From NCBI RefSeq assembly GCF_014280175.1, contig NZ_CP047931.1:300001-332000 (forward strand): a DNA stretch of 32,000 nucleotides, written 5' to 3'. Source of the stretch: Synechococcus sp. A15-28. Lineage in GTDB: Bacteria; Cyanobacteriota; Cyanobacteriia; PCC-6307; Cyanobiaceae. Positions within the stretch are counted from its first letter, which is position 1; the number at the start of each line of letters is the position of its first letter. Made by a program: the position numbers and the translations under genes. The notes below the pieces were generated by a model that was given only the letters and a program-made list of their open reading frames with translations, was not told the DNA's origin and did no database searches. Shown here piece after piece: positions 1 to 10,171 of this stretch.

Positions 1-351
1 CTCCTCCAGATCCAGCTCCCCTTCTGCGGCGCGACAGATGCGCTCGCCGGTGTAGCGCATGGATTGCACATCGAAGCTGACCCCAACCCGGTGCGTGCGG
101 GCCTGCTGCATCACCGAATGGGGAAACCAGCCCACATTCAGCACGATCTGGGCGTGCTCCATCGGTCCGTAATGACCGCGTTCGCCCGACAGAAGGCGTT
201 TGACGCAGATCTCACCAGCCCGTTGTTCATCCGGCCAGTTGTCACGATCAGCCGCGACGAAACCCTCGCTGTAGTCCTGATGCATGGCCGCATACACGCA
301 GAGCTGAGGGTTGGGTGTGGCAGCGATCAGATCAACCCGGAAGCGATCCAT
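1..351 (-). CDS. thyX: Flavin-dependent thymidylate synthase ThyX, N-terminal 117 codons (3' end outside window)
   Basis: The minus frame is open from the ATG at 351-349 to the window edge. The translation MDRFRVDLIAATPNP...ARTHRVGVSFDVQSMRYTG carries the ThyX RHRxxSxxxxSxRY signature. Listed + ORF 64..378 is its antisense shadow. Confidence 0.85.
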   Translation of the reverse strand, partial: MDRFRVDLIAATPNPQLCVYAAMHQDYSEGFVAADRDNWPDEQRAGEICVKRLLSGERGHYGPMEHAQIVLNVGWFPHSVMQQARTHRVGVSFDVQSMRYTGERICRAAEGELDLEE

Positions 352-428
352 GGCGATGACGACGGGGCGGTGAGGTGATCATGCCGCTGATCGCAGCAGG
401 CTGCCCGCGTGAATCCGTCGCGCCGTGA

Positions 429-983
429 TCAACCGTGGCTGCGGGGCCCCGCCGTCAGAGAGGCCTGCAGAGGCGATTCGTCGTCTCGTTCACTCACACG
501 GCCCAGCCCTTGCAGCGACGGCAGGGGGGACCCTTGGATCAGCGCATTGGCGAGGAGGGAAAGTTCCTCCTCCCGCCTTAGACCGATCGAGCGGCCGACC
601 GCATCACCGTTGGCGTCAAACAGATTGAGTTGGGGGATGCCGTTGACGTCGTAGCGATCCACCAGATCCTGCCAGCGGGGATTGTCAACGTTCACCATCA
701 CCACATCCAGCTGTTGTTGGGTGCTTCGTTCCAGCTTCAGCATGGCGGGGGCCATTTCACGGCAGACCTGACACCAGTCGGCGTAGAACTCCACCATCGT
801 TGGGCGCCCATTGCTGAGGGCAACCTCCGGCTCGAGGGATTGCCTGGCCAGCTGTTCCAGCGGGGAAGCGCTCTGAAGTCCACCCCGCATCGTGCTGAGA
901 ACCACCGCCAGGACGATGGCAGCCACCACGAGCACGATCCGTTCAACAGGTCCCAGCAAGGGTTGTGGAGAACTGCCTGTCAT
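429..983 (-). CDS. txlA: Membrane-anchored thioredoxin-like protein (TxlA/HCF164-like)
   Basis: 184 aa with an N-terminal hydrophobic anchor and a thioredoxin fold carrying a WCQVC active site (MVEFYADWCQVCREMAP). Confidence 0.8.
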   Translation of the reverse strand: MTGSSPQPLLGPVERIVLVVAAIVLAVVLSTMRGGLQSASPLEQLARQSLEPEVALSNGRPTMVEFYADWCQVCREMAPAMLKLERSTQQQLDVVMVNVDNPRWQDLVDRYDVNGIPQLNLFDANGDAVGRSIGLRREEELSLLANALIQGSPLPSLQGLGRVSERDDESPLQASLTAGPRSHG

Positions 984-1047
984 GGGCTTGTCAGGGTGTC
1001 AGTCCACTCTGGCAGTCGTCTTTCTGACCCGTGATTAGCGTGACTTC

Positions 1048-1548
1048 ATGGGTCGGTTTGGGCTGCTGAATCTGCCGCTGCGGGCGCCGATGATCGGTGT
1101 TCTGTTCGGCGTTGCTGTGGTGATGGGCCATCAGTGGTCCATGGCCCAGCAGCAGGTCGTTCAGTCGCGCACCGTCCCTCTGGAATTGCTGTTCGCAGCA
1201 GAAGCGATTCAGGTGCTGGTGGTTCTGGTGATCTGCACGATGCCGGAGTTGCTCATGCAGAGGATTTCCCTGGTGATGGCGTCCAGTCGGGTGATGACGC
1301 TGCTGGTCACGTTGTTGCTGGTGATCGTTCTTGGGATTTACTCGCTGCGGCTGAATTTTCTCTCCGATCTGCTGATCCTGGCGTCTGCGCTGTTGTTGGC
1401 GCGGCTTGACCTGGTTCGTCTCGGGGTTCTGACGGCCCCCCGGGGCTCACTCCTGTTGCTGGGGTTTGTTCTCTACGCCGGTATTGGACTCGGTCACTGC
1501 CTGCCGCATCCCCTGGACGGGGTCGCAAACGGGCCACTCACCGCCTGA
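1048..1548 (+). CDS. Hypothetical multi-pass membrane protein
   Basis: 166 aa, strongly hydrophobic with several predicted TM segments and host-like GC3-rich codon usage. The last ~100 nt overlap the convergent transglycosylase gene, so the 3' end is uncertain. Confidence 0.5.
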   Translation: MGRFGLLNLPLRAPMIGVLFGVAVVMGHQWSMAQQQVVQSRTVPLELLFAAEAIQVLVVLVICTMPELLMQRISLVMASSRVMTLLVTLLLVIVLGIYSLRLNFLSDLLILASALLLARLDLVRLGVLTAPRGSLLLLGFVLYAGIGLGHCLPHPLDGVANGPLTA

Positions 1549-3588
1549 GTAACTCAGGACGTTGTCGAGAACTTTTTTGGTGTAGTAACGCGTTTCGGCG
1601 TATGGAATGCGCTCCACCCAGAGCTCGATGGTCGGATCGCTCTTTGGCGAAGGCCAGGAGCTGACGGCGCCTGGCCCAGCGTTGTAACTGGCAATGCTGA
1701 GGAAGGCATTCCCTTCCCAGAGCTGAAGCAGCGATTTCAGGTACGCCGCTCCCAGCAGGATGTTGGTGGATGGGTTCGTCAGGTCTTGCTCCTGCAACGC
1801 TTCATCTGCGACGGAGGCGGCCGTGGAGGGCATCAGCTGCATCACGCCGACGGCGCCAGCCGTGGACCGCACGCCCGGTGAAAAGCGCGATTCCTGTTTG
1901 GCGATGGCCAGCAGCAAGGTTGGATCCACGCGGTGCCGTGATGATGCGGATTCGATGGCTTCTGGGAAGAAGACAGGGTTCTGACTCCGATGCAGCAACA
2001 GGCGCTGCTGGCAGCTCGTTGGCACCCAGCGCACGCTCAGTCGCTGGAGCTGATCCAGCCCGTTCCAGGGGTCATCCACGCTGAGCCGCAATCGTCCTTC
2101 CACCAGTTGCTCCTCCGCTGACTGCGGAGTCCGGGGATCACGCAGCGACAACCAGGCATCCCAGGCCTGTTGGGCAAGCCCCAATCTCCAGAGGGTGTTC
2201 ACCTCTGGATAGCGACTGTTGAGGGGAGCCCACGTCGTGACGGGCAGGGTTGTCGAGGGTCGGTCCAGACGCAGGGGCTTGGTGTCACCCAGACGCATGT
2301 CTGCCCGCCAGCGGTAGTAGCCCGGGGGGTGGGTGTCGACGAGCTGATGCCAATGGCGTCTGGCGGCCTTGTTGTTTCCTGTGCGTTCTTCGCTCAAGCC
2401 CAGCCAGAACAGCTGACGTGCCTCCAGCGGGGGAGGCAGGGTGCCTGGTGGCAGAGCCGTCAACAGGTCTCGAGCCCGCTCCCAGCGCTCGTTCAGCAGT
2501 GCCGCCCGAGCTTCGTCCCACTGCAGTTGCCAGCTATCGCGGTCGTCAGGCCAGCGTTGGAGCACCTCAAGCGTGCCCATCCCACCGTTGAGTCGAACCC
2601 GGGCTGCAGCGACAGCCGCAGAGCGCTTCGCCACGGATGGAGGGATGGCCTCCACCAACGCCGGGTCTGGGAACAGGGGTTCCATCAGCAGGCGAACCGC
2701 CTCATCAGCGGCGGAGGTTTCCGGATGCTGCTGAATCAGATCCAGCAGCATCTGCTCTCCCTGGGTGTGCTGCTCCGCAGCACCTCGGATCAGGGCACGT
2801 CCCACGGCAAGTCCCGTCTCCGCGTCAGCGGCTCCCCCTTGGAGACAGTCCAGGGCGGATGATCCGGCCCCAAGCATGGCCAGGGCCCAGGCAAGGTTCT
2901 GGCGTTCTGATCGGCTCGGCTCTTCTGCGCTGCAGGCCGCTCGCAGCCGGTCCATCGCGCCCGGCCAGCGCCAACCCCACCGAGCCAGGTGCTGGGCTCC
3001 CTGATGGCTGCGTTCCGGGGTTGGCGCCATGGCCACTGCGGTGGCGAGGGCTGCGGGGTGGGACGGAAACCGTTCCAGCAGTTCCGGATGCAGGTCGGGC
3101 TGGTACTGCCGGGCCCTTGCACTCACCGTTTCATCCCGGAAGCGCTTCAGCAGCTGTTGCCAGAGCCGGTCGGCGGCGGCTTGATCGCCACGGTTCTGCT
3201 GACTCTCAGCGGCCAGGGCCAGTGCCACTGCGGCCAGAGGGTCATTCCCCCAACCTTGACCCGCCAGGGTCTGCCCCTTGGTGCTCATCAATAGAGCCGC
3301 TTCGCGTCGGCGCAGCGGATCGATGGACCATCGATAGGTTCGCCACAACTCCACCACTGGTGTCCTGGGATTCAGCGCCGATCGACGTTCCAGCAGCAGC
3401 TGCTGGCCTGCCACCACGGCCGTCAGGCTCAGTCCGGCCGTGGTGAGCAGCAGAAGAACGAGGCTCCGGGGTCCTGCGGGCACGCTGTCGCCGGAACTGG
3501 TCACATTCTGCGGCCCGTTGAGGGCGGCAGGCCACCTGTCACCTGGGATGCGGAGGGTTCGGGCCGCGGTTTGTAGTCTTCGATTCAC
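1447..3588 (-). CDS. slt: Soluble lytic murein transglycosylase (Slt70-like)
   Basis: 713 aa. The C-terminal SLT domain reads AIAKQESRFSPGVRSTAGAVGVMQLMP...SYNAGPG, and the long N-terminal part is alpha-helical and repeat-like. The listed start is GTG; the true start may be downstream, near VPAGPRSLVLLLL. Confidence 0.85.
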   Translation of the reverse strand: MNRRLQTAARTLRIPGDRWPAALNGPQNVTSSGDSVPAGPRSLVLLLLTTAGLSLTAVVAGQQLLLERRSALNPRTPVVELWRTYRWSIDPLRRREAALLMSTKGQTLAGQGWGNDPLAAVALALAAESQQNRGDQAAADRLWQQLLKRFRDETVSARARQYQPDLHPELLERFPSHPAALATAVAMAPTPERSHQGAQHLARWGWRWPGAMDRLRAACSAEEPSRSERQNLAWALAMLGAGSSALDCLQGGAADAETGLAVGRALIRGAAEQHTQGEQMLLDLIQQHPETSAADEAVRLLMEPLFPDPALVEAIPPSVAKRSAAVAAARVRLNGGMGTLEVLQRWPDDRDSWQLQWDEARAALLNERWERARDLLTALPPGTLPPPLEARQLFWLGLSEERTGNNKAARRHWHQLVDTHPPGYYRWRADMRLGDTKPLRLDRPSTTLPVTTWAPLNSRYPEVNTLWRLGLAQQAWDAWLSLRDPRTPQSAEEQLVEGRLRLSVDDPWNGLDQLQRLSVRWVPTSCQQRLLLHRSQNPVFFPEAIESASSRHRVDPTLLLAIAKQESRFSPGVRSTAGAVGVMQLMPSTAASVADEALQEQDLTNPSTNILLGAAYLKSLLQLWEGNAFLSIASYNAGPGAVSSWPSPKSDPTIELWVERIPYAETRYYTKKVLDNVLSYSGGEWPVCDPVQGMRQAVTESNTGVENKPQQQE

Positions 3589-3590
3589 GA

Positions 3591-4988
3591 ATGAGACCCA
3601 TGGTTCAAAGCGCCGTCCCGTCGATCGGGCCCTCGCTCGGGTCTTCAGCGCCAGGCTTCGGCACCGACGGCATTCGGGGCCGTGCAGGTTCGGAGCTGTC
3701 GCCGGCTCTTTGCTTACAGGTCGGGTACTGGATCGGTCGCGTGCTCAAGGCAGACGGCCCCGTACTGATCGGGATGGATTCCCGCAGCAGCGGCAGCATG
3801 CTGGTGGCGGCGTTGACGGCGGGACTGACGGCGGCGGGGCGGGATGTCTGGGACCTTGGGCTCTGTGCCACACCAGCGGTTCCCCTGTTGACCCGTGAGG
3901 TGGGTGCGGCAGGTGGCCTGATGGTGTCGGCGAGCCATAACCCTCCCGCCGACAACGGCATCAAGGTGTTCGGCGCCGATGGCACGAAGCTGAGCTCTGA
4001 GCGTCAGGCGAGGGTGGAAGCCGGTCTGCGGGGGGACGTCGAGGACGAAGGCCCAAGCCGCTGCGGTCGCTCGGTTCAGCGGCAGGATCTGTTGACGACC
4101 TATCAGGACAAGCTGCTGCGTTCGGTGGGGGGGCGGCGGCTGAACGGCGTCCCGATCGTGCTGGATCTCTGCTGGGGATCGGCCACAGCCTGCGCAGCTG
4201 AGGTGTTTCAGTCCCTCGGCGCTGACCTGACCGTGCTGCATGGCCAGCCGGATGGGGAACGGATCAATGTGGCCTGTGGGTCAACCCAACTGGACCCTCT
4301 TCGCCAGGCGGTGGTGGCCCAGGGGGCTGTCATGGGCTTCGCCTTCGACGGCGACGCGGACCGGATGCTGGCGGTGGATGCCCAGGGTCGGGTGGTGGAT
4401 GGCGATCACGTGCTTTATCTCTGGGGATCGGTACTCCAGGACCAAAAGGCCTTGCCGGGCGATCGTCTGGTCGCCACCGTGATGTCCAACCTCGGATTTG
4501 AAAGGGCCTGGGAGCGTCGCGGCGGTGTGCTGGAGCGCACGCCCGTTGGCGACCAGCATGTCCATGCCGCGATGGTGTCCAGTGGCGCCGCCCTGGGTGG
4601 TGAGCAGTCCGGTCACATCCTCGCTGCCTCCCATGGGCTCTGCGGGGATGGGGTGCTGACGGCGCTGCAACTGGCGACGCTGTGTCATGCCCAGGACATC
4701 GCCTTGAGCGACTGGCTGGATCGCAGTTTCCAGCCTTACCCCCAGAAGCTGGTGAATGTGACGGTTCAGGACCGCGCCCGCCGCAAGGGATGGTCCAGCT
4801 GCATGCCGCTTCAAGAGGGGGTGCTCCAGGCGGAAGCGAGCATGGGGGACGCCGGGCGGGTGTTGGTGCGCGCCAGTGGCACCGAGCCGGTGCTGCGGGT
4901 GATGGTGGAAGCGGAGGAGCAGTCGTTGGTGGACCGCTGGACCCAGCACCTGGCGGCCTTGGCCGATGAGCACCTCAACGCGGCCTGA
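3591..4988 (+). CDS. glmM: Phosphoglucosamine mutase
   Basis: 465 aa with FGTDGIRG near the N-terminus, the SASHNP phosphoserine loop and an FDGDADR metal site. An alternative start lies at the Met three codons downstream. Confidence 0.92.
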   Translation: MRPMVQSAVPSIGPSLGSSAPGFGTDGIRGRAGSELSPALCLQVGYWIGRVLKADGPVLIGMDSRSSGSMLVAALTAGLTAAGRDVWDLGLCATPAVPLLTREVGAAGGLMVSASHNPPADNGIKVFGADGTKLSSERQARVEAGLRGDVEDEGPSRCGRSVQRQDLLTTYQDKLLRSVGGRRLNGVPIVLDLCWGSATACAAEVFQSLGADLTVLHGQPDGERINVACGSTQLDPLRQAVVAQGAVMGFAFDGDADRMLAVDAQGRVVDGDHVLYLWGSVLQDQKALPGDRLVATVMSNLGFERAWERRGGVLERTPVGDQHVHAAMVSSGAALGGEQSGHILAASHGLCGDGVLTALQLATLCHAQDIALSDWLDRSFQPYPQKLVNVTVQDRARRKGWSSCMPLQEGVLQAEASMGDAGRVLVRASGTEPVLRVMVEAEEQSLVDRWTQHLAALADEHLNAA

Positions 4989-5913
4989 GCACCAGCTCTC
5001 GGGCCATGGTGAGTGCGCCCCAGCAGGCATCCGACGCAGAGGGTGCCCAGCGTGCACCGGGGATCTCAGCGACGATTCCCTCCTCAACCGCCCGTTGAAC
5101 ACTGCCCTGGTGCAGCAGCACGCTGCCGAGCCCCGTTACCGCCGGCTGCTGCAGGGCGAGTTCCCGAGCCACCGTGGCGGAGCAGCACACCAGAGCTGCA
5201 GCCGAATGCTGGACGATCATCTGTGCTGCCGGAAGGCCGGCGTCAGCGGCTTCCACCAGCAGCGGCGCCAGGGCGGCCAGGTCTGCGGCAGCGCGAGACG
5301 GGTGCACCACCCAGGCTTTGACATCGGCATGGCTGCGGCAATCCAGTTGCTCCCACATCCGCTGGCGCAGGGGGTGGTCCGGCAGCCTCCCATCCGCCAT
5401 TTGCAGGGTCAGTTGCAAACCCTGATGACCCAGATCAAAGGCTGAACCAGCGCCATCGAGCATCCAGCCCCACCCGCCGCAGCGGTGTTCCCGCCCATGG
5501 CGGTCCCGGCCGATGCAGATCATGCCGGTGCCGCTGATCAGAATGATTCCGTCACCATCGGGAAACGCTCCCCGCAGAGCGGTGCGTTCGTCGCCGGTGG
5601 CCAGGGTTTGGCTCCGGGGGAGAGACAAGGCGTCCGCCAGTAACGCTGTGGCTCTCGGCTGCAGGGGAGTGCCCTGCTCAATGCCGCTGGCACCGATCAC
5701 GGCAGCATCCAGCCTCAGGTCCGCCTGCCCTTCAAGGGCAGTCTTCAGGCTGATGAGCACGGCCTGGCGGAACCGTTCGTCACCGCCGGCGGCATCGAGG
5801 TGAGAAACGCCAGGCCCCAGTCCTTCCCCAAGGGTCTGCCAATGATCCCCCCCCCAGCGGCAGACCCGGCAGCGGGTCTTGGTCTGGCCGGCATCGAATC
5901 CTGCGAGCTGCAT
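4975..5913 (-). CDS. BadF/BadG/BcrA/BcrD-type ATPase (N-acetylglucosamine kinase-like)
   Basis: Homology begins at MQLAGFDAGQTKT (ATG 5913-5911) and includes ISGTG and GGWGWMLDGAGSA motifs. The start overlaps the upstream gene's stop (TGATG). The longer listed ORF 4975..6288 extends into the upstream gene and is rejected. Confidence 0.75.
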   Translation of the reverse strand: MQLAGFDAGQTKTRCRVCRWGGDHWQTLGEGLGPGVSHLDAAGGDERFRQAVLISLKTALEGQADLRLDAAVIGASGIEQGTPLQPRATALLADALSLPRSQTLATGDERTALRGAFPDGDGIILISGTGMICIGRDRHGREHRCGGWGWMLDGAGSAFDLGHQGLQLTLQMADGRLPDHPLRQRMWEQLDCRSHADVKAWVVHPSRAAADLAALAPLLVEAADAGLPAAQMIVQHSAAALVCCSATVARELALQQPAVTGLGSVLLHQGSVQRAVEEGIVAEIPGARWAPSASDACWGALTMARELVLRPR

Positions 5914-7208
5914 CACTTTCGCAGCCAGCTGACGCTGAGGCTGGCAAGAGCAAACCAGCCGATCAGCTGCACCTCCGGTCGGAAGAAGATCGTGTCGGTG
6001 ATGCCCTGGGTGAGCAGTCCGGCAATGGCGGCGAGGCTGCCGATGGCGATCAACCCCTGCGGCCCGTGGATGCGGAGTCCGCGCTGGATGCTGCTCAGCA
6101 GCAGTCCCAGGCAGGCCAGCAGCCCTGGAATACCAGTCTCCACCAGGATTTCTAGCGGCACGGAGTAAGCGCTGAGGGCATTGAACTTCGGCTGCTGATA
6201 AAGTGGGTAGATGCTGTTGAAGGCGGTGTTGCCGGGCCCGATCCCCAGCCAGGGACGGTCTTGAACCATGTCGAGCGCCGCCAGCCACACATTGATGCGG
6301 AAGTTGTTGGAGCTGTCACCGCGACCGGCCAGCAGGCTCATTGCCCGGGTGCGGATCGGTTCCAGCTGAGTGATCGCCAATGCCAGAACGATGCCTCCAA
6401 CCACCAGGGCGCCAAGGGGCAGCAGGCGTCGCCACAGGGGAGGCCAGTGGGCTGTGCCGCGGAGCAGCAGCAGCAGTCCCGCCAGGGCCAAGGCCACCAG
6501 GAGACCCAGCCAGCCGCCGCGGCTGTAGGTGAACAGCGTGGCGGCCCCCGCCAGCAGGGCTGTCGCCGCAGCGACCAGCCGGTAACTCAGCCGCCTCCAG
6601 CGCAACGCGGCAATGCACGCCAACGGCACCAGGGGCAGGAGGTAGCCCGCCAGGAGATTGGGATTCCCCAGCGGCCCGTAAATGCGAATCGTGCCGGCAC
6701 TCACGGAGTTGGGATCGGCCCAGCCGGCGAGCTCTTCGGTGGAGGCATACAGCTGCCGCAGCGCCAGGACACTGCTCAAAAGACCCCCTCCCAACAGGGC
6801 GGCCAGCAGTCGGTCCCACCAGATGATCTGCCGTTCCAGCAGCGTGCGCATCAGGGCGAACACCCCCAGGTAACTGGCCAGCTTCAGCAGGCCCTTGGTG
6901 GCCGCGATCGGCACAGGCGAGAACCCTGTGCTGACCAAAGCGATGGCGAGGTAAAGCAGCACCCAGCGGCTGATGGCTCCGATCCCTTCAGCGGGGGTGA
7001 TCAGTGACCAGAGCAGCCAAAGCAGGCCGGCGGCGGCGATTTCCAGCCCCAGGCCACTGCGGGTCACGAAGGGCAGGCTGGCCAGCAGCAGCGTCAGCAC
7101 CACCCCCGAGAGCCGCTCCAACCGCTGCTGCACGGCCGCCGTCGCCGTCAGGCATCCCCGCCAGCGCAGGAGCAGTGAGCTGGACGGGTGATCAGTGGCA
7201 TCGGCCAT
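5913..7208 (-). CDS. ictB: O-antigen ligase/polymerase-like polytopic membrane protein (cyanobacterial IctB family)
   Basis: 431 aa with about 10 hydrophobic segments. Size and layout are typical of Wzy_C/IctB-like proteins of picocyanobacteria. Confidence 0.65.
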   Translation of the reverse strand: MADATDHPSSSLLLRWRGCLTATAAVQQRLERLSGVVLTLLLASLPFVTRSGLGLEIAAAGLLWLLWSLITPAEGIGAISRWVLLYLAIALVSTGFSPVPIAATKGLLKLASYLGVFALMRTLLERQIIWWDRLLAALLGGGLLSSVLALRQLYASTEELAGWADPNSVSAGTIRIYGPLGNPNLLAGYLLPLVPLACIAALRWRRLSYRLVAAATALLAGAATLFTYSRGGWLGLLVALALAGLLLLLRGTAHWPPLWRRLLPLGALVVGGIVLALAITQLEPIRTRAMSLLAGRGDSSNNFRINVWLAALDMVQDRPWLGIGPGNTAFNSIYPLYQQPKFNALSAYSVPLEILVETGIPGLLACLGLLLSSIQRGLRIHGPQGLIAIGSLAAIAGLLTQGITDTIFFRPEVQLIGWFALASLSVSWLRK

Positions 7209-7210
7209 CG

Positions 7211-7921
7211 CTAGGCGTCAGTGAAGACCGTCTCAGCGGGATTATCGAGCTCCTGCCAGCGGTTTTCCAGTGCCTCCGCATCGGGGAGTGGATGTGCGTT
7301 GCGCTGGTAGAGCACCCGATACACGGGAAGATTTTTATCGAGGACGTACTGCTCCCGTTCCGTGGGGACGGCCAGGGGGTTGTCATCCCGCCAGGGTCTC
7401 GCATCCGATTCAGGACGGTTGAAACAACCGCTCAGTTCCGTGAGGGCCACCATCGGTTCGATCACCGCCAGCACATCGCTCTGCAGAAACAGCTCTCGCC
7501 CGGGCTGAAGGGCCGCCGCGATGGCCAGCAGCAGAGCGGGCTGCAGAACACGCCGCTTGCGATGCCGGCGTTTGAACCACGGGTCGGGAAATTGCACGGA
7601 AACCCGCTGCAACCTGTCGTCCGGCAGCGCGGCAAGCCAACTTTCCAGGCTGATGTTGGCATTGCAGAACAGCACACGCACATTGCCGTTGCCACTGGCG
7701 ACGGCATCGCGGTCGGCGGAGGTCACCAGGGGGCGTCGAATCTCCACGCCCAGATGGTTCCAGGCCGGGTTCAGTTCAGCGAGTCCCAGGATGCAGCGTC
7801 CACGGGCACAACCGATATCGAGATGAATCGGTTGGTCGGGGTGGACGAACAGCTCTGCGGGAGACGGCAGCTGCAGCGGCAGCTGGAAGAAGCGGCTGAG
7901 GGGATTGACGTGCTGGCGCAA
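7211..7921 (-). CDS. trmB: tRNA (guanine-N7)-methyltransferase
   Basis: 236 aa with MRQHVNPL, the DIGCARG SAM motif and [14 protein letters not shown], characteristic of TrmB. Confidence 0.9.
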   Translation of the reverse strand: MRQHVNPLSRFFQLPLQLPSPAELFVHPDQPIHLDIGCARGRCILGLAELNPAWNHLGVEIRRPLVTSADRDAVASGNGNVRVLFCNANISLESWLAALPDDRLQRVSVQFPDPWFKRRHRKRRVLQPALLLAIAAALQPGRELFLQSDVLAVIEPMVALTELSGCFNRPESDARPWRDDNPLAVPTEREQYVLDKNLPVYRVLYQRNAHPLPDAEALENRWQELDNPAETVFTDA

Positions 7922-7924
7922 CGC

Positions 7925-9196
7925 TCAATCGGCATTGGAGGGAGGATCCTGCCTCAGCAGCCCCCAGCAGGCGGTGTAGCCGTGAAGATGCGTGGATCCG
8001 GCGACCGGGCCGATTTCACCATTGCAGAAGGCACCGGCCATCGGCAGGTTCGGCATCACCGATCTGGCCAGGGTCACATCGCCATCCGGCTGGCCGAACA
8101 ATCCCTGGCCACGCCCCAGGCAGGCCATCAGCAGACCGAACACGGGAGCGGATTCTGTGCCCTCGATCGATGAGCGCAGCAGGTGGAGCGCTTCATGGCG
8201 GGAGGCGTCAGCTTCCCGCAGCTGGAACTGAACATTCATCCCGGGACGCACCCGGTCGGCAACGGCCACGGCACCGTTGTTGGGATCCACCCCGATCAGA
8301 TTGCGCACCAGGAAGGCGCCACCATCACCTTCAAGACTGTTGGGGGTGAGCTGCAGGTTTCGGCGTTCGATGCCGAGAAAGAGGGAATGACGGACTTGCT
8401 CCCGTTCCACCTCGGTCAGGTCCGCCAGGATCCGCTGCAGGCAGGCCACCGGGGTGTCGCGACGTTCCCCGTCACTCAGTTCAAGCACCACGTTGCGCTG
8501 AACCTGCTCGATTGAAAACACCGGCCCGATCGGACGGCATCCTTGAGCCACCACGCTGTCCAGGCGCCAATCGCCGCCGATGGAGCAGATCACCGCGCCG
8601 GTCACCACGCGGTCATCGAACAGCAGTGAGCCGTGGGGTGCATTGTGCGTGCAGGCAATTCCGCCGATTTTCTCAGCGGCTGGAAAGGCATAGTCCATGC
8701 CGCTGATCAGATCGTTGATGTTGCTGCTGGTGGGATCGATGAGCAGGATCTGGCTGCGGCACTGGTCTGGATTGAGGCCACTCCAGTCCTGCCATCGCTG
8801 AGCAGAACCGTCGAGATCCGGCAGCTTCGCCGTAGAGAGAGCCACGGTTTCGATGTCGGCACCGGGCAGATTCAGCAGGGTCACGCTGAGGGACGGCGCC
8901 TGCTCGATTTCGGCGGCACTGCCATCGGCGCGGGTACCAACAACACCTCCTCCGGCGGCTCCAAGCCAGTGCCTGGACCTCAACTCCCGGCGCAGGAGCG
9001 GCAACAGTCGGGGCAGGTCGCTGGCGTACCCCGTCGAGGCGAACACCAAGGCCAGATCCGCTTCCCCCCGTCGACCCAGCTGGCTGACGACGTCGCGAAC
9101 CGCTTCCTCCATCGAGGGACGAGTGGAGAGGGCCGACCGACAACTGGGCGATGAGGTCGCAGAGCGAATCCAGTCGAGGGGAGAGAAAGGGGCCAT
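7925..9196 (-). CDS. FIST-domain (FIST_N/FIST_C) sensory protein
   Basis: 423 aa. The C-terminal segment ACLGRGQGLFGQPDGDV...AGAFCNGEIGPV is typical of FIST_C. Confidence 0.7.
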   Translation of the reverse strand: MAPFSPLDWIRSATSSPSCRSALSTRPSMEEAVRDVVSQLGRRGEADLALVFASTGYASDLPRLLPLLRRELRSRHWLGAAGGGVVGTRADGSAAEIEQAPSLSVTLLNLPGADIETVALSTAKLPDLDGSAQRWQDWSGLNPDQCRSQILLIDPTSSNINDLISGMDYAFPAAEKIGGIACTHNAPHGSLLFDDRVVTGAVICSIGGDWRLDSVVAQGCRPIGPVFSIEQVQRNVVLELSDGERRDTPVACLQRILADLTEVEREQVRHSLFLGIERRNLQLTPNSLEGDGGAFLVRNLIGVDPNNGAVAVADRVRPGMNVQFQLREADASRHEALHLLRSSIEGTESAPVFGLLMACLGRGQGLFGQPDGDVTLARSVMPNLPMAGAFCNGEIGPVAGSTHLHGYTACWGLLRQDPPSNAD

Positions 9197-9878
9197 GAAT
9201 CGGACCTTATCAATCCCGGCAGCACTGTGCGGGACATCGATAATGGCGCCACTTCAGGTTGCCGTTGTGAACGAGCTTTCCTATCGGGTGCTGGTATGGC
9301 TCACCTATCGGCTGGCGGCCACGGTGGCTCTGGGACTGCCGTTGGTGCTGCTGGTCTGGTCGGCCTGGCGGCGTGAGCCTGTGGTGCAGCGCCTGCTTGG
9401 TCTGTACTGGAAAGTGGCCAGCCTGATGGTGATCAGCCTGCTGTTGCTCACCGACGAGCGTCCCTTGGGCTACCTCACCGCTGTCCTGGCGCCCGTTCTG
9501 ATGGTGGTGAGTGTCTGGTTCTGGGTGGATCTCAACGAGGAACTGGCGGACCAGCCCACCTGGCGTGCGTTGCCGCTGACCGTACGTCTCTGGCGCTGGG
9601 CCCTCAGCGGATTTGGTGTGATCAGCCTGGTGATGACCACCACGGGGCTGCGCTGCATGGAGTCCCAGGCCAGCCCCGATTGTTCCGCCTGGCTTGAGGC
9701 CCCACAGGGCATTCATCAGGTGGTGGAAACCGTGTTTGATTTCGTCTTCGGAGGTCAGTGGAGCGAGGCTGTTGCCGCTTTCGTGGGCTACGTGGCTTTG
9801 GTGGCTTATCTCGCCGGACTGCTCCAGTGGCTGCTGGTGCGTCTGCCCCGCTACGGCCGTGTCGCTGGTGAGTTCTGA
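9195..9878 (+). CDS. Conserved multi-pass membrane protein (function unknown)
   Basis: The hydrophobic protein begins at MNRTLSIP (9195) or MAPLQVAVV (9243). The listed longer ORF from 8853 is antisense to the FIST gene. The stop overlaps the next gene's start (TGATG). Confidence 0.6.
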   Translation: MNRTLSIPAALCGTSIMAPLQVAVVNELSYRVLVWLTYRLAATVALGLPLVLLVWSAWRREPVVQRLLGLYWKVASLMVISLLLLTDERPLGYLTAVLAPVLMVVSVWFWVDLNEELADQPTWRALPLTVRLWRWALSGFGVISLVMTTTGLRCMESQASPDCSAWLEAPQGIHQVVETVFDFVFGGQWSEAVAAFVGYVALVAYLAGLLQWLLVRLPRYGRVAGEF

Positions 9879-10171
9879 TGTCCGATGTTGAACTGGTTCA
9901 GCAGCTTGAGGAGCGCAGCCGCCAGGAGCCCGAACGGGTTGTTCGGCTCATGGGCACGGTTGAAGGAGAGCCATTTGAACTGCTGATTTTTCGCGGCTTC
10001 AGCAGCAGCACCACCCATCCCACTGCCTTCGATCCGGACGCGTCGGTGCTGCCAGCGGGAACGCAGCTCGAGCAGGCGGAAGTGCTCCAGGGTCCGCTCA
10101 ACCCCACTGAGAGTGTGTTGCTGATCGGACCGATGCCACCCGACGACCTGCTGGCTCAGGCCAACTGGTGA
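9878..10171 (+). CDS. Small conserved cyanobacterial protein (function unknown)
   Basis: 97 aa with host-like codon usage, translationally coupled to the upstream gene. The 3' end overlaps the ileS 3' end by 16 nt. Confidence 0.55.
   Translation: MSDVELVQQLEERSRQEPERVVRLMGTVEGEPFELLIFRGFSSSTTHPTAFDPDASVLPAGTQLEQAEVLQGPLNPTESVLLIGPMPPDDLLAQANW

Noticed and set aside
3586-3593. Very tight or overlapping gene boundaries: divergent starts 3588/3591 and 9196/9195, plus convergent overlaps at 1447-1548, 4975-4988, 10156-10171 and 28876-28936.
   Set aside because: These are most simply explained by over-extended start or stop calls in stop-poor high-GC DNA, and by ordinary compact gene packing. 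The ATGA/TGATG couplings are normal operon features. Nothing suggests a special mechanism.
5914-6288. N-terminal extension of the sugar-kinase-like ORF (listed as 4975..6288). The equivalent extension 8853..9194 applies to the membrane protein gene.
   Set aside because: Both extensions overlap well-supported upstream genes in another frame or strand. The family-typical N-termini (MQLAGFDAGQTKT and MNRTL/MAPLQV) start at the internal Met codons.
7004-8173. Long + strand ORF (389 aa) spanning trmB and the FIST gene. Similar long antisense ORFs lie at 2170..2862, 2637..3446, 4281..5102, 6261..7007, 10552..11373, 11509..12558, 25609..26181 and 29182..30432.
   Set aside because: All lie antisense to genes with unambiguous family motifs. 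Their translations are Arg/Gly/Pro/Ala/Gln-rich low-complexity strings with no recognisable domains. This is typical of stop-codon-poor shadow frames in >60% GC DNA.
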